The notes: generated by a model from the letters alone, not told the origin. Positions 50,988 to 60,960 are shown, numbered from the stretch's first letter. The stretch: 64,000 bases of DNA from Candidatus Buchananbacteria bacterium CG10_big_fil_rev_8_21_14_0_10_33_19 (GCA_002773855.1 PEZY01000005.1:218221-282220), one strand, 5' to 3'. Translations and numbers: made by a program.

Positions 50988-51308
50988 TCATTGTGGTAAC
51001 TCCTTACCTAACACCAATTGCTTAGCTTTCTCCATTGATGAATATGTAATGACCCAACAACTACGACGAGGTGGTAAAATAGTAATAACTACTCCAGTCA
51101 ACTCATCTTGAATAATAACAAACCAATTCTCATCTGGAATACTCCAGAATAATTTATGAATCTTACGACTAGAAAATTTTTTTATTTGCTCAAAACCAAC
51201 AATCACACATAAATTATACCTTATAATATCCTCCACATCTTCAAGTGGTAAATTAGACCTTCTACTTAGTCGCTGACGAGCATGACGACTAAACTTCACG
51301 TTAGACAC
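50988..51308 (-). CDS. DUF4258-like small protein, a putative RelE/BrnT-fold toxin. GTG start with a strong SD.
   Basis: N-terminal VKFSRHARQRLSRR matches the DUF4258 (S/T)xHAxxRmxxR signature. AAGGAGGA lies 5 nt upstream of the GTG. Confidence 0.55.
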   Translation of the reverse strand: MSNVKFSRHARQRLSRRSNLPLEDVEDIIRYNLCVIVGFEQIKKFSSRKIHKLFWSIPDENWFVIIQDELTGVVITILPPRRSCWVITYSSMEKAKQLVLGKELPQ

Positions 51309-51371
51309 GACTAATCCTCCTTGTAGGTTGTAATATTTACAATGTACTTATAATATATTACACTATTTTGA

Positions 51372-52562
51372 TTATTTGTCAACCTCACTTGTCTCTAATT
51401 CTAGAGCACCAGTAGTATAAACATTCCTAGCATTCCAAAGTAACCAACCAGAAGCATTGTTATCATCACTGGCTTTAATTTGTGCTCTTATCATAGCCGT
51501 ATCGTAATTAGCACCTAAATCAAAATCTTGTAACCATGGTCTGGTTTTGGCTATAGCACTAGTCGTAGAAGCTAAAATAACATTACCCTCTGATAAAGCT
51601 TTATTGACCACTTCATAGGGATGACTGGCTGGATTGGAGTATGATAAAAAACCAGCCGGATAATGAGAAGGGTAAACCATCGGTGAAATATAATCAAAAT
51701 AAAGAGCGGCGTCAACCAAACGCTGACCGATATTTAAATCATATTCGATATTAGAATGTCTTTGATAAGTTAAGCCAAATAAATCCAAAGACAAGGGAAT
51801 GGTTAAATCTTTTAATTCTGTTTTTAGATACTTAAAAAAACTAGCAATTGATTGATATCTTTTGTCGCCATCAGAAAAATTATGATACTGAATTTGCCTG
51901 ATATTACCATCCGATGGAAAACGAATATAATCAAATTGCACCTCATCAAAACCAATTAAAGCTGCCTCGATAGCCTCAGAAGCCACTAAATTCCAAACTG
52001 CTTCGCTGGTCATATCCAACCAACTCACGCCCTTATAATCAAACCACACGCTGCCTGATTTATTTTTCAAAGCTAAATCTGGAAAAGTTTTAACCGCCGT
52101 CGGATCTTGAAAAGTGGTAATTCTAGCAATGGTGTATATATTATTGGTTTGCAAATCATCTAAAATTGCCTTGTACTCATCTCTATCTAAGGCCACTGAA
52201 GAAGTTGGCCAATTAATTATATTTTCTGATATGGGGGCAAACATTAATTTGCCAGCTGGATCTTTAAAATCTATAACTATAGTATTTAACTCAGTGGTCT
52301 TCACTAAATCAACCAGTTCAGTTCTTCTGCGATTATTAGAAAAAGTATAGCCAGTTAAATATATACCCTTAACTATTTTGGGTGTTTTCATGGCTACCGG
52401 ATAAGGCGAGACCATTTCTTCTTCGGCAGCTACTTTTTGTTGTTGGTCAGAAAATAAATTAAAACTTACATTAATACCACTTTCTATGAGGATTAAAAAA
52501 GCACTTAGGACAGCTACTAAGCCTAAAATAGACCATAAAATAGAAACTGGGATCTTTTTCAT
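51372..52562 (-). CDS. Membrane-anchored putative glycoside-hydrolase-like TIM-barrel protein (DUF4015/GHL type)
   Basis: N-terminal TM helix, then KGIYLTGYT... as seen in DUF4015 family members. Confidence 0.5.
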   Translation of the reverse strand: MKKIPVSILWSILGLVAVLSAFLILIESGINVSFNLFSDQQQKVAAEEEMVSPYPVAMKTPKIVKGIYLTGYTFSNNRRRTELVDLVKTTELNTIVIDFKDPAGKLMFAPISENIINWPTSSVALDRDEYKAILDDLQTNNIYTIARITTFQDPTAVKTFPDLALKNKSGSVWFDYKGVSWLDMTSEAVWNLVASEAIEAALIGFDEVQFDYIRFPSDGNIRQIQYHNFSDGDKRYQSIASFFKYLKTELKDLTIPLSLDLFGLTYQRHSNIEYDLNIGQRLVDAALYFDYISPMVYPSHYPAGFLSYSNPASHPYEVVNKALSEGNVILASTTSAIAKTRPWLQDFDLGANYDTAMIRAQIKASDDNNASGWLLWNARNVYTTGALELETSEVDK

Positions 52563-52618
52563 AGTCTAATTATAACATAGGCTAATAAAATAATCCGCTT
52601 TTGGCGGATTATTTTAAA

Positions 52619-54211
52619 TTAATATCTTTTTTTATTAAATTTCGGCTTAGCTTTAAATTTAGATGGCCCCCTTTTGACAAAGGGTTTTCGTTCGCCACTA
52701 CTAGCATCTTTGGATTTATGGTCACTAGTTTTTTTAGAAAAATTACTAGTAGTTGATCTACTACCAGAATTAGATTTAGTAAACCTAGGATTTCTACTAT
52801 CACCAAATGATTTTTTGCGATCAAATCTATTACGATCACTTTGATAAGCTGGGGCGGTCTCTCTATTGCCAAAATTATTATCTCTATCACCTCTGGTGTT
52901 AACAGCTGATTTGGTTTTATCAAATTTATTTCTACTACCTTGATAACCAGAACTTGGTTTTCTATCAGAAAAATTTCTATTTTTTGAACGGTAGCTAGAT
53001 CCAGAATTATTTTTTCTATAACCTCTAGAAGCTTGAAAGCCCAAAGATCTACCATCTCGATCTAATTCGCGGCCTTCATTTTTAATTTCCACTAATTTAG
53101 TTAAAGGAATTTCTTTGTTAATAATTTTTTCAATTCTTCTAATAGCGCTAATCTGACTAGGGGCAGCAAAAGAAATAGCCTGACCCATTTTACCAGCTCG
53201 TCCAGTTCTACCAATACGGTGAATATAATCTTCAATGTTATCAGGTAAATCAAAATTCAATACCAATTCAATACCTTTAACATCAATACCACGCGCCGCA
53301 ATATCTGTAGCTACTAATACTCGATACTGACCATCTTTAAAACCTTTCAAGGCTCGAGTTCTTTGAGCTAGAGTTCGATTAGAATGAATTTCTGTAACAG
53401 TATGCTTCATATCAGAAATACTACGACAGATATTTTTAACACTGCTTTTAGTTCTAACAAAAATTAAAACCGAACCGTTATATTCTGATAATACTTTTTG
53501 TAATTGATTAATTCTATCTTCTTTACGTAAAATGATCACCTCCTGAATAACATTTTCCGCTGGTGTCCCTGCTGGTGCTACTTCTATTTTTAAAGGTAAT
53601 GACATGTGCTTAGTAGCAATGTCCATAATTGAAGCTGGCATAGTAGCCGAAAATAAAACAGTTTGTTTTTGTTTTGGAGCTAATTTTAAAATCTTGTTTA
53701 ATTGTGGCGCAAAGCCCATATCAAACATTAAATCAGCTTCATCTAAAACTAAAATTTTAACTTCATTTAAATTAAAATTCTTACTTTCCAAATGATCAAT
53801 TAATCTACCTGGAGTAGCGACAATAATTTCTGGATTACGTTTTAAATCTCTAACCTGTGGATATTTAGATTCTCCACCAATTAAAACAACGGTTTTAAGA
53901 TTTAATTTTTGAGCAATCGGTTTTAAATTATCTCTAACCTGAGCAGCTAATTCTCTGGTTGGTACCAAAATTAAACAACGACCACCGCTACTAGATAAAC
54001 GTTGTAACATTGGAATACCAAAAGCCAAAGTTTTACCGGTTCCAGTTTGCGCTATTCCCACCATGTCTTTACCGCTGGCAATCACTGGAATAGATTTGAA
54101 TTGAATTGGTGTCGGTGTAGTGAAGTTTAAATTACCAAGAATAGTTAATATCTTGGGATCTATGCCCAGACCATTAAAAGTTAATGATTCTGGTGATGTT
54201 ATTTGTGTCAT
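52619..54211 (-). CDS. DEAD-box ATP-dependent RNA helicase with a basic S/R/G-rich C-terminal tail
   Basis: Q-motif, GTGKTLAF, DEAD (VLDEADLMF), SAT and HRIGRTGRAG. Start set at the internal ATG (MTQITSP). Confidence 0.9.
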   Translation of the reverse strand: MTQITSPESLTFNGLGIDPKILTILGNLNFTTPTPIQFKSIPVIASGKDMVGIAQTGTGKTLAFGIPMLQRLSSSGGRCLILVPTRELAAQVRDNLKPIAQKLNLKTVVLIGGESKYPQVRDLKRNPEIIVATPGRLIDHLESKNFNLNEVKILVLDEADLMFDMGFAPQLNKILKLAPKQKQTVLFSATMPASIMDIATKHMSLPLKIEVAPAGTPAENVIQEVIILRKEDRINQLQKVLSEYNGSVLIFVRTKSSVKNICRSISDMKHTVTEIHSNRTLAQRTRALKGFKDGQYRVLVATDIAARGIDVKGIELVLNFDLPDNIEDYIHRIGRTGRAGKMGQAISFAAPSQISAIRRIEKIINKEIPLTKLVEIKNEGRELDRDGRSLGFQASRGYRKNNSGSSYRSKNRNFSDRKPSSGYQGSRNKFDKTKSAVNTRGDRDNNFGNRETAPAYQSDRNRFDRKKSFGDSRNPRFTKSNSGSRSTTSNFSKKTSDHKSKDASSGERKPFVKRGPSKFKAKPKFNKKRY

Positions 54212-54616
54212 AATTATTTTTAGTGTCCCGATCCTTAAAATAGCCACTAAAATGACAAAATAAGTTCGAGTATATTAATATTTTCTAGCTTTTACATTCG
54301 ATAGCCTTCGGATCTTTCGAACTATTACAGTTAATCTGTTTTTAAAACTGGCTTAAGTATAACATAAATAATGTATTTTGTAAATAGCTCAATCTAAATA
54401 AGCCATAAACACCTAAAACACCAACAAAAGACTAAAAAACACCAAAAGCCTATTGACACAACCACTAAAGTTTGCTATACTTACTTATGGTAAGCATTGG
54501 ACGAGTGACTATCTAGTCAAACGCCTAATAATCTACTAAAGTAGTAGTTATAAATAGAAATGCAGTCGAATTTCTAATAACTAGTGCGAATTAATTCACT
54601 TCATTTCTATTCGATT

Positions 54617-54811
54617 ATGCAAGGAACTATCAAAAAATTGACTGATAAGAACTTCGGTTTTATTAGCCAAGAAGGCGGAAAAGATTTATTCTTCCACGCT
54701 AACGAGCTTGACGGTACTGATTTTGCTGAACTTAACGAAGGTGACACTGTTACTTTCGAAGTTATTGACACTCCAAAAGGTCAAGCAGCAGTTAAAGTAG
54801 CAAAAGCTTAA
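54617..54811 (+). CDS. cspA: Cold-shock protein CspA family
   Basis: MQGTIKKLTDKNFGFISQEGGKDLFFH contains the RNP1/RNP2 motifs. Long 5' UTR of about 370 nt. Confidence 0.9.
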   Translation: MQGTIKKLTDKNFGFISQEGGKDLFFHANELDGTDFAELNEGDTVTFEVIDTPKGQAAVKVAKA

Positions 54812-54835
54812 TATTTCTTTTTAAGAAGTACAAAA

Positions 54836-54859
54836 AAACCACCTTCGGGTGGTTTTTTT
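54836..54859 (+). terminator. Rho-independent terminator of cspA
   Basis: accaccttcgggtggt followed by T8. Confidence 0.65.
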
Positions 54860-54890
54860 TGTTAATTAAAAATTTTGCTATAATTAAATT

Positions 54891-55289
54891 ATGAAAAAAA
54901 TACTATTAATTTTTATCTTGGCTTTTATCTCTAATATAATTTGGGAAAATCTTCATGCCTTTTTGTATATTCATTATCAAGGCCAGAATATTACTCAATT
55001 AATTTTACTGCGAGCAGCTCTATTTGATGCTACTTTTATAACTATATTATCTCTACCATTTATATTTTTAAAATACTTTAAACAACGTCTTTGGTGGTCT
55101 CTTGTTATGGGAATTATTTTTGCTATCATCTTAGAATATTTTGCTCTCATTACTAATCGTTGGGCTTACAATGATTTAATGCCAATTATTCCCATTATTA
55201 AAACGGGTTTAACGCCAACTCTACAATTAGGTTTAATTGCCTACATCATTTTGCAGACAGTAAATATCAAACCGCAGTTAAACAATTAA
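54891..55289 (+). CDS. Small hypothetical membrane protein (about 4 TM)
   Basis: 132-aa hydrophobic ORF. Confidence 0.4.
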   Translation: MKKILLIFILAFISNIIWENLHAFLYIHYQGQNITQLILLRAALFDATFITILSLPFIFLKYFKQRLWWSLVMGIIFAIILEYFALITNRWAYNDLMPIIPIIKTGLTPTLQLGLIAYIILQTVNIKPQLNN

Positions 55290-55372
55290 TCACTAAATTA
55301 TTACTATTTATCTGTTGCTTGCTTTAACTTTTTTTAGTATAATATATTTAGTAAATAAACATTATTGTCCAA

Positions 55373-55804
55373 ATGACCACTAAAAGTCAGAAAACAACCA
55401 TTAACGAAGACAAAGCGAGAGATTTTTTCTTATCTAGTAATTTTTCAGAAGACAATGACAGCTTTACTGGCGGTGAAGGTCAATTATCTTGTGATGTTTA
55501 TCAGAACGAAGATAACATTATTGTTAAATCAGCTATGGCTGGTGTAGATCCTAAAAACTTAAACATTTCTATTAGTAACGATTTATTAACTATTCGCGGT
55601 TATCGAGAAGAAGATAGTGAAATAAAAGACAATAATTATTTTGCTCGTGAAGTTTATTGGGGAGCCTTTAGCAGATCTATTGTCTTACCTCAAGAAATTA
55701 ATCAAAACAAAGTCAAAGCCAGTTTAAAAAAGGGTATTCTCACTATCATCCTACCCAAAAAATACAAAAACACCTCTATACAAGTAGAATCAATTGAAGA
55801 TTAA
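55373..55804 (+). CDS. Small heat-shock protein (Hsp20 / alpha-crystallin domain)
   Basis: alpha-crystallin pattern ...DVYQNEDNIIVKSAMAGV...GAFSRSIVLP...GILTIILPK. Confidence 0.85.
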   Translation: MTTKSQKTTINEDKARDFFLSSNFSEDNDSFTGGEGQLSCDVYQNEDNIIVKSAMAGVDPKNLNISISNDLLTIRGYREEDSEIKDNNYFAREVYWGAFSRSIVLPQEINQNKVKASLKKGILTIILPKKYKNTSIQVESIED

Positions 55805-55807
55805 AAG

Positions 55808-57730
55808 ATGTCGGTTAACCTAAAACCACAAAAACATATTGAAGATCTAAAAACTATCGTCGAAAGCAAGATCTATGGAAAAATTAAAAAGCAGTGGCTG
55901 ATAATAACTATTATAGTCGCTGTTTTTGCTATGATCTTTATTTTAACCAGTGCTGTGCTAGCTTTTGAAATAAAATATCAAAATAAATTCTTCCCTGGTA
56001 GTCGAATTGGTGATGTTAGTCTAGAGGGCTTAACTGCGCCTGAAGCTTTAGAAGTTGTTAACCAACTAACCGAAAAATTAGAAAAACAAGAAATCAGAAT
56101 TCTCTATAAAAATGGCGATAGTTCTTATTTGAAAATTACACCTTCTATTAATGCTTTAAACGACCCGGATTTATCTCGTGAATTACTTAGATTTGATAAT
56201 CATAAAACAGTTTACGAAGCCTACAATTATGGTCGTAATCAATCTTGGCTAAAAAATATTACTGACCAAGTTAAGATGCTATCAAAAGATAAATACTTCA
56301 AGGCTAGTTTTATTTTAGATGATTCAATGATGCGACAATTAATTAAGCAAGGTTTATCAGAATTAGAAACCATTGCTCAAAATGCCTCGGTCAATGTAAT
56401 CTGGCAAGACAATAATAATTATTCTCTAGAATTTATTGCCGAACAAAACGGTATAACCATTGATTATAATGATGCTATTTCTAAAATCAAAAACAATTTA
56501 GCTGAGCTAAAAAATGATCAAATTGAAATTAAAAAACAAAACGCTGATCCCTTAGTTCACTTGTCAGAGGTACCAAATAAAGAGGCTATGGTTAAGCAAG
56601 TACTGACAACCACTACTCCAGAATTATTATACGGTGATCAAAAATGGACTATATCAAAAAAAGATTTATCACAAATGTTGGAATTCCAAAAAGACAAAGA
56701 TAACTTTTTTATTGTAGCTCTAAATAAAGATAAATTTTTTGACTGGCTCAATAACAATCTATCAGCAAAAATTAATATTGAACCAAAAGATGCCAGCATC
56801 GAAATGATCGATGGTCGAGTTAATAAATTCGAAGCTCACCGAGATGGTCAAACAGTTAATGTCGAAGAAACCTATAATAAAATTAATCCTTATTTAAAGC
56901 AAGGCAACTTAAAAATAGAAGTGGCTGTAGATACCACTTCACCTAAAATCAGCACTTCCGAAATTAATAATTTAGGCATTAAAGAAATTCTGGGCACTGG
57001 TCATTCTAATTTTACTGGCAGTCCAGCCAATAGACGTCACAATATTAAAACTGGGGCTGACAAATTAAACGGTGTTTTAATTAAGCCTGACGAGGAATTT
57101 TCACTCATCAAAACTCTTGGAGAAATTGATGGCGAACATGGCTACAAACAAGAACTAGTTATTAAAGGTAATAAAACTTTACCAGAATATGGTGGTGGCC
57201 TCTGTCAGATTGGTACCACCACCTTTAGAGCGACTATGGGCTCGGGCTTACCTGTTACCGCCAGAAGAAACCATTCCTACAATGTTGCCTACTATCTAGA
57301 AAATGGTTTGCCGGGCACTGATGCTACTATCTACGACCCCAATCCTGATTTTAAATTTATTAATAACACTGGTAACTATGTATTAATCCAAACCAGAATT
57401 ATTGGCGATGATTTATATTTTGATTTTTGGGGCACTAATGATGGTCGACGAGCCGAAAGAACAACACCTCGTGTCTGGAATTGGGTTTCGCCACCAGCCA
57501 CTAAATACATCGAAACCCTAGATTTACCTGTCGGCCAAAAAAGATGCACCGAATCAGCTCACAAAGGTGTCGATACTTCTTTTGATTACACTATCACCTA
57601 CGCAGATGGCCAAGTAGATGAAACTACATTTACTTCTCACTACAAACCATGGCAAGCTGTTTGCTTAATTGGTGTAGAAACCCTTACTCTAGAAAATGCC
57701 ACTTCTACTGATGAAATTTTAATTCCTTAA
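55808..57730 (+). CDS. VanW family protein (membrane-anchored)
   Basis: N-terminal TM. C-terminal VanW region GGGLCQIGTTTFRA.... Confidence 0.7.
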   Translation: MSVNLKPQKHIEDLKTIVESKIYGKIKKQWLIITIIVAVFAMIFILTSAVLAFEIKYQNKFFPGSRIGDVSLEGLTAPEALEVVNQLTEKLEKQEIRILYKNGDSSYLKITPSINALNDPDLSRELLRFDNHKTVYEAYNYGRNQSWLKNITDQVKMLSKDKYFKASFILDDSMMRQLIKQGLSELETIAQNASVNVIWQDNNNYSLEFIAEQNGITIDYNDAISKIKNNLAELKNDQIEIKKQNADPLVHLSEVPNKEAMVKQVLTTTTPELLYGDQKWTISKKDLSQMLEFQKDKDNFFIVALNKDKFFDWLNNNLSAKINIEPKDASIEMIDGRVNKFEAHRDGQTVNVEETYNKINPYLKQGNLKIEVAVDTTSPKISTSEINNLGIKEILGTGHSNFTGSPANRRHNIKTGADKLNGVLIKPDEEFSLIKTLGEIDGEHGYKQELVIKGNKTLPEYGGGLCQIGTTTFRATMGSGLPVTARRNHSYNVAYYLENGLPGTDATIYDPNPDFKFINNTGNYVLIQTRIIGDDLYFDFWGTNDGRRAERTTPRVWNWVSPPATKYIETLDLPVGQKRCTESAHKGVDTSFDYTITYADGQVDETTFTSHYKPWQAVCLIGVETLTLENATSTDEILIP

Positions 57731-57731
57731 A

Positions 57732-58169
57732 ATGGTCAGTATTAAACTACTCAAAAAAGATAACTATCTGGCTATGATAAAAAATAGTCTAAATAGTCGT
57801 GCTTATTCAGACATCTTTATTACTAACAATAACCATAAAAAGAACATTACTAAAAATGGTAGCCTATCTTGTGCCTATTTTGTATCATCAATATTAAAAA
57901 TATTTAATCTAATTGATGATCTACATTTAACAGTGGCCGGGACTATTTCTGAATTAAAATCAAAAAATTACCAATCTATCACTAAAAATAAAATATTACC
58001 TGGTGATATTATAGTTTGGTCAGAAAAAAATAAACACGAACATATCGGCTTCTACATTGGTAACAGTCAAGCTATAAGTAATAGTTCTAAGCTAAAGAAA
58101 ATTAAAAAACATCATTATACTTTCAATAAGCAAAGGGTCATTGAAAAAATTTTTAGACCAAAATTATAA
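57732..58169 (+). CDS. NlpC/P60-like cysteine peptidase family protein (Cys...His pattern)
   Basis: SCAYFVSSIL (Cys) ... GDIIVW...HIGFYIG (His) arrangement. Starts 2 nt after the VanW stop. Confidence 0.45.
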   Translation: MVSIKLLKKDNYLAMIKNSLNSRAYSDIFITNNNHKKNITKNGSLSCAYFVSSILKIFNLIDDLHLTVAGTISELKSKNYQSITKNKILPGDIIVWSEKNKHEHIGFYIGNSQAISNSSKLKKIKKHHYTFNKQRVIEKIFRPKL

Positions 58170-58176
58170 AACAAAA

Positions 58177-58205
58177 AAACTACTCTGATCAGAGTAGTTT
58201 TTTAA
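58177..58205 (+). terminator. Rho-independent terminator
   Basis: Perfect palindrome aaactactctgatcagagtagttt followed by a T-run. Confidence 0.6.
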
Positions 58206-58328
58206 TAGTATTATTTAATCTGCTGGTCTCAATTTTTTGATAATACTTAGATGAGCCCCTATGGCCAGGCAAGAAAAATTTTATGAGGCAATTTTCGAGC
58301 CTAAGCCCAAAAATAACTTACAAAATTC

Positions 58329-58577
58329 CCATGCTTGTCGTGCCTAGCCGTAGTAGCTCACCTAAGCGGTTTTTCCGCTGACGCGGAATGAGAAAAAGAG
58401 ATAAAAACTTTCTCAAAATGGAAGGTGACAAATCATATTATTTGAGACCCACAGATTAAATAATAATATATACAACCCTGCAGACAAGAAATTACTCAAA
58501 GGGAAGATTCCAGTCGAAACCGAAATAATCCTTTTTATAACTCCTATGCTTGTCGTGCCTGCAGAGTTGTAGATACT
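58329..58577. repeat. Two copies of a ~30-nt imperfect direct repeat (ATGCTTGTCGTGCCT core) about 215 nt apart in a 540-nt non-coding region
   Basis: 58331-58345 and 58546-58560 are identical 15-mers. The flanks are similar (gtagtagctcac versus gttgtagatac). Confidence 0.5.
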
Positions 58578-58747
58578 ATTTACTAGGTGTAACTGTGTAT
58601 TTTAGCAAATATAAATGATAATGTCAAGGACTAAACACCTAGGGAAATAAAAAATCGCTTATTTTAGCGAATTTTTAAAAATTATCAAGAATTCTTTACT
58701 AGTCCTGAGCTATTATACAAAAAATTAAAACAACTATCAACTAATAG

Positions 58748-58978
58748 TTATCCATATATTACCAACACCTTGGTTTTACTAGTTTTGCCGGATTTTATCT
58801 CTATTTGGCTTTTAGTGAGACCTAAGTATTTAGATAAAACATCAATCAACTGCTTATTAGCCTTGCCTTCTATTGGCGTGGCCTTGAGTTTAACTTTATA
58901 AACACTATCAGTTATTTTTTCAACTTTAATTTCTTTGGAATTAGTTTTCACTTCTACGGTAATAGTTTTTGAAGTCAT
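58748..58978 (-). CDS. DUF167 (YggU/UPF0235) family protein
   Basis: 76 aa. ...KVKLKATPIEGKANKQLIDVLSKYLGL... fits the DUF167 pattern. Confidence 0.65.
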   Translation of the reverse strand: MTSKTITVEVKTNSKEIKVEKITDSVYKVKLKATPIEGKANKQLIDVLSKYLGLTKSQIEIKSGKTSKTKVLVIYG

Positions 58979-58979
58979 A

Positions 58980-59480
58980 TTATATCAGTTCTAAAATCTT
59001 TAACTCTAAATTATTAGTTTTTGTATCAAAAACAGAAAATGTAGCTTTAGAAAATATCCCGCCTAGCGTGCCTGGATTACTTAAAGTTGTTTTGCCAATT
59101 TTTTCTATCCAGGGCTTATGGGTGTGTCCATAAAAAACCAAATTATAATTCTGAGTTTCTGCTAATTCTCTAGCTTGCTCGGGAAAATGACAGAAAGCAA
59201 TTTTAATGCCTTCGATATCGAGCGATCCTTCATCACCATACAAGGTAACATTTGAAATACCATCACAAACACTCTCTAGTAAATCTCTATCTGAAACATT
59301 GCCATGAACCAAATAAACAGAACCAGAAAAACTAGGAGCTATAATTTTTTTGACCATATCTGGAGTGGCGATATCGCCACAATGAATAATTGTTTCAATA
59401 TTATTGTTACTGGCCCACACTAAAAATTTTTCTAAGTTGGGAATATTATCATGAGAATCAGATATAATGGCTATTTTCAT
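58980..59480 (-). CDS. Metallophosphoesterase (YfcE/MJ0936 family)
   Basis: MKIAIISDSHDN...IHCGDI...GHTH motifs. Confidence 0.8.
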   Translation of the reverse strand: MKIAIISDSHDNIPNLEKFLVWASNNNIETIIHCGDIATPDMVKKIIAPSFSGSVYLVHGNVSDRDLLESVCDGISNVTLYGDEGSLDIEGIKIAFCHFPEQARELAETQNYNLVFYGHTHKPWIEKIGKTTLSNPGTLGGIFSKATFSVFDTKTNNLELKILELI

Positions 59481-59483
59481 AAA

Positions 59484-60326
59484 TTACTTTTTAACTCGCA
59501 TTGATTTTAAAGTCATAATATCTTTAGCTCTTTCATTGTCGCCAGGAGTTTCTAGAATCATATCAATATCATACTGATTAGCTAATTTAACTATAGCCAA
59601 AAAACCAGTCTTACCTATTTTACCCTGACCAATATTATCATGTCGATCTTTTTTGGTATTTAATTCTACTTTTGAATCATTAGCGTGAATTAATTTTAAA
59701 TTTTTAATGCCAACTATTTTATCAAATTCTGTAAAGGTTTTTTTAACTGCTACTGGACTAGACAAATCATAGCCACTGGCAAAGGCGTGAGCTGTGTCAA
59801 AGCAAATTCCTAAGCGATATTTTTTTAATTGCCTAGAATTAATCATCTTATTTATTTCCTCAAAAGTATCACCAATAACATTACCAGCACCGGCTGATAT
59901 CTCAATTAACAATTTAGTACCACCCTTATAACCATCTAAGACTTTTTTTAGCCCCTCACAAACCAATTCCAAACCCTTTTCTGAGCCAGATTCTTTAGAA
60001 CTACCAGGGTGGAACATCAAAGCTTTTACCCCCAAAACACTGCCTCTTTCCAATTCTTCTCTAATTATGTTAATCGAAGAATTGTAAATTCTAGTATCTG
60101 GTGAGGCAAAATTAATATAGTAAGGGGCATGAATATAGCAATTAACTTGTTTGTATTCTTTCATATTAGCCTTAAATTGTTTGGCTATATCTGGTGTAAT
60201 TACACTAGCCTTACCGCCCTGAGGCGACCTAGAAAAAAATTGAAAACATTCACAGCCAATATCTTTAGCTCTTTGTGGGGCTAAAGTTAAACTGCCAGCC
60301 GCTGAAACGTGGGCTCCAATATTCAT
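59484..60326 (-). CDS. nfo: Endonuclease IV (AP endonuclease family 2)
   Basis: MNIGAHVSAAGS..., TIM-barrel metal-binding His/Glu/Asp pattern. 280 aa. Confidence 0.9.
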   Translation of the reverse strand: MNIGAHVSAAGSLTLAPQRAKDIGCECFQFFSRSPQGGKASVITPDIAKQFKANMKEYKQVNCYIHAPYYINFASPDTRIYNSSINIIREELERGSVLGVKALMFHPGSSKESGSEKGLELVCEGLKKVLDGYKGGTKLLIEISAGAGNVIGDTFEEINKMINSRQLKKYRLGICFDTAHAFASGYDLSSPVAVKKTFTEFDKIVGIKNLKLIHANDSKVELNTKKDRHDNIGQGKIGKTGFLAIVKLANQYDIDMILETPGDNERAKDIMTLKSMRVKK

Positions 60327-60388
60327 AAAATTTTATTAAACTGTAATTATTCTTATTATATCACAATGTGGTTAATATGAATTGATAC

Positions 60389-60904
60389 TTAAGAATTAGA
60401 ATTTGCAATTTTGGCCATGGCCTGAGACAACCTATCTTCTACACTGCCAGTTAAAATAGTATGGTCAATGCTCCAATCTCTTATTAACTCTAGGTAACGT
60501 TCGTCGACTTTTTTTTGAAACTCAATATTTGTGCTCCTAATGCCATCATCTTCTATAGTAAACTCTATTGGCAGATAAAAAACATAATCATATCTAATAT
60601 TCTTTTTTATCATTTCTGATAACAAACTTTTTACTCTATCGTCATCAAAAAGAACATCAGCATAAACACTATAGTCTATTAAACATTTGTCAGCTACAAA
60701 ATTAATCGTATTTTTTTCTACTTCTAATTGTTTAGCAAATAGCCAAAATTGAGTTTCAAATGGCGTAGTCTCATTAATTTCAAAGCCTTTCTGAAAAGCC
60801 TCCACTACCACATCGTGAATAACTGGCAAGTTTAATTGCTCTGATAATTTTTTACTTAAAGTTGTTTTACCAACACCATGGGCGCCAATTATTGTTATTC
60901 TCAT
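60389..60904 (-). CDS. P-loop NTPase / small kinase-like (AAA_28-type)
   Basis: MRITIIGAHGVGKTTLSKKL Walker A. 171 aa. Confidence 0.5.
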   Translation of the reverse strand: MRITIIGAHGVGKTTLSKKLSEQLNLPVIHDVVVEAFQKGFEINETTPFETQFWLFAKQLEVEKNTINFVADKCLIDYSVYADVLFDDDRVKSLLSEMIKKNIRYDYVFYLPIEFTIEDDGIRSTNIEFQKKVDERYLELIRDWSIDHTILTGSVEDRLSQAMAKIANSNS

Positions 60905-60960
60905 CTAAAAAAATTTATATTTAATAAATACATATTACTTAATTTACTATTTTTTTTCAA

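Noticed and set aside
52609-53055. 148-aa minus-strand ORF overlapping the helicase 3' region
   Set aside because: Alternate frame of the helicase's repetitive basic tail. Low-complexity I/L/V/K translation.
58206-58747. tmRNA, RNase P RNA or SRP RNA in the repeat-containing non-coding region
   Set aside because: No GGAAAGUCCGG (P4), no tmRNA 3' T-arm/ACCA end, and no SRP domain-IV motif found by eye. Left as an unexplained candidate ncRNA.
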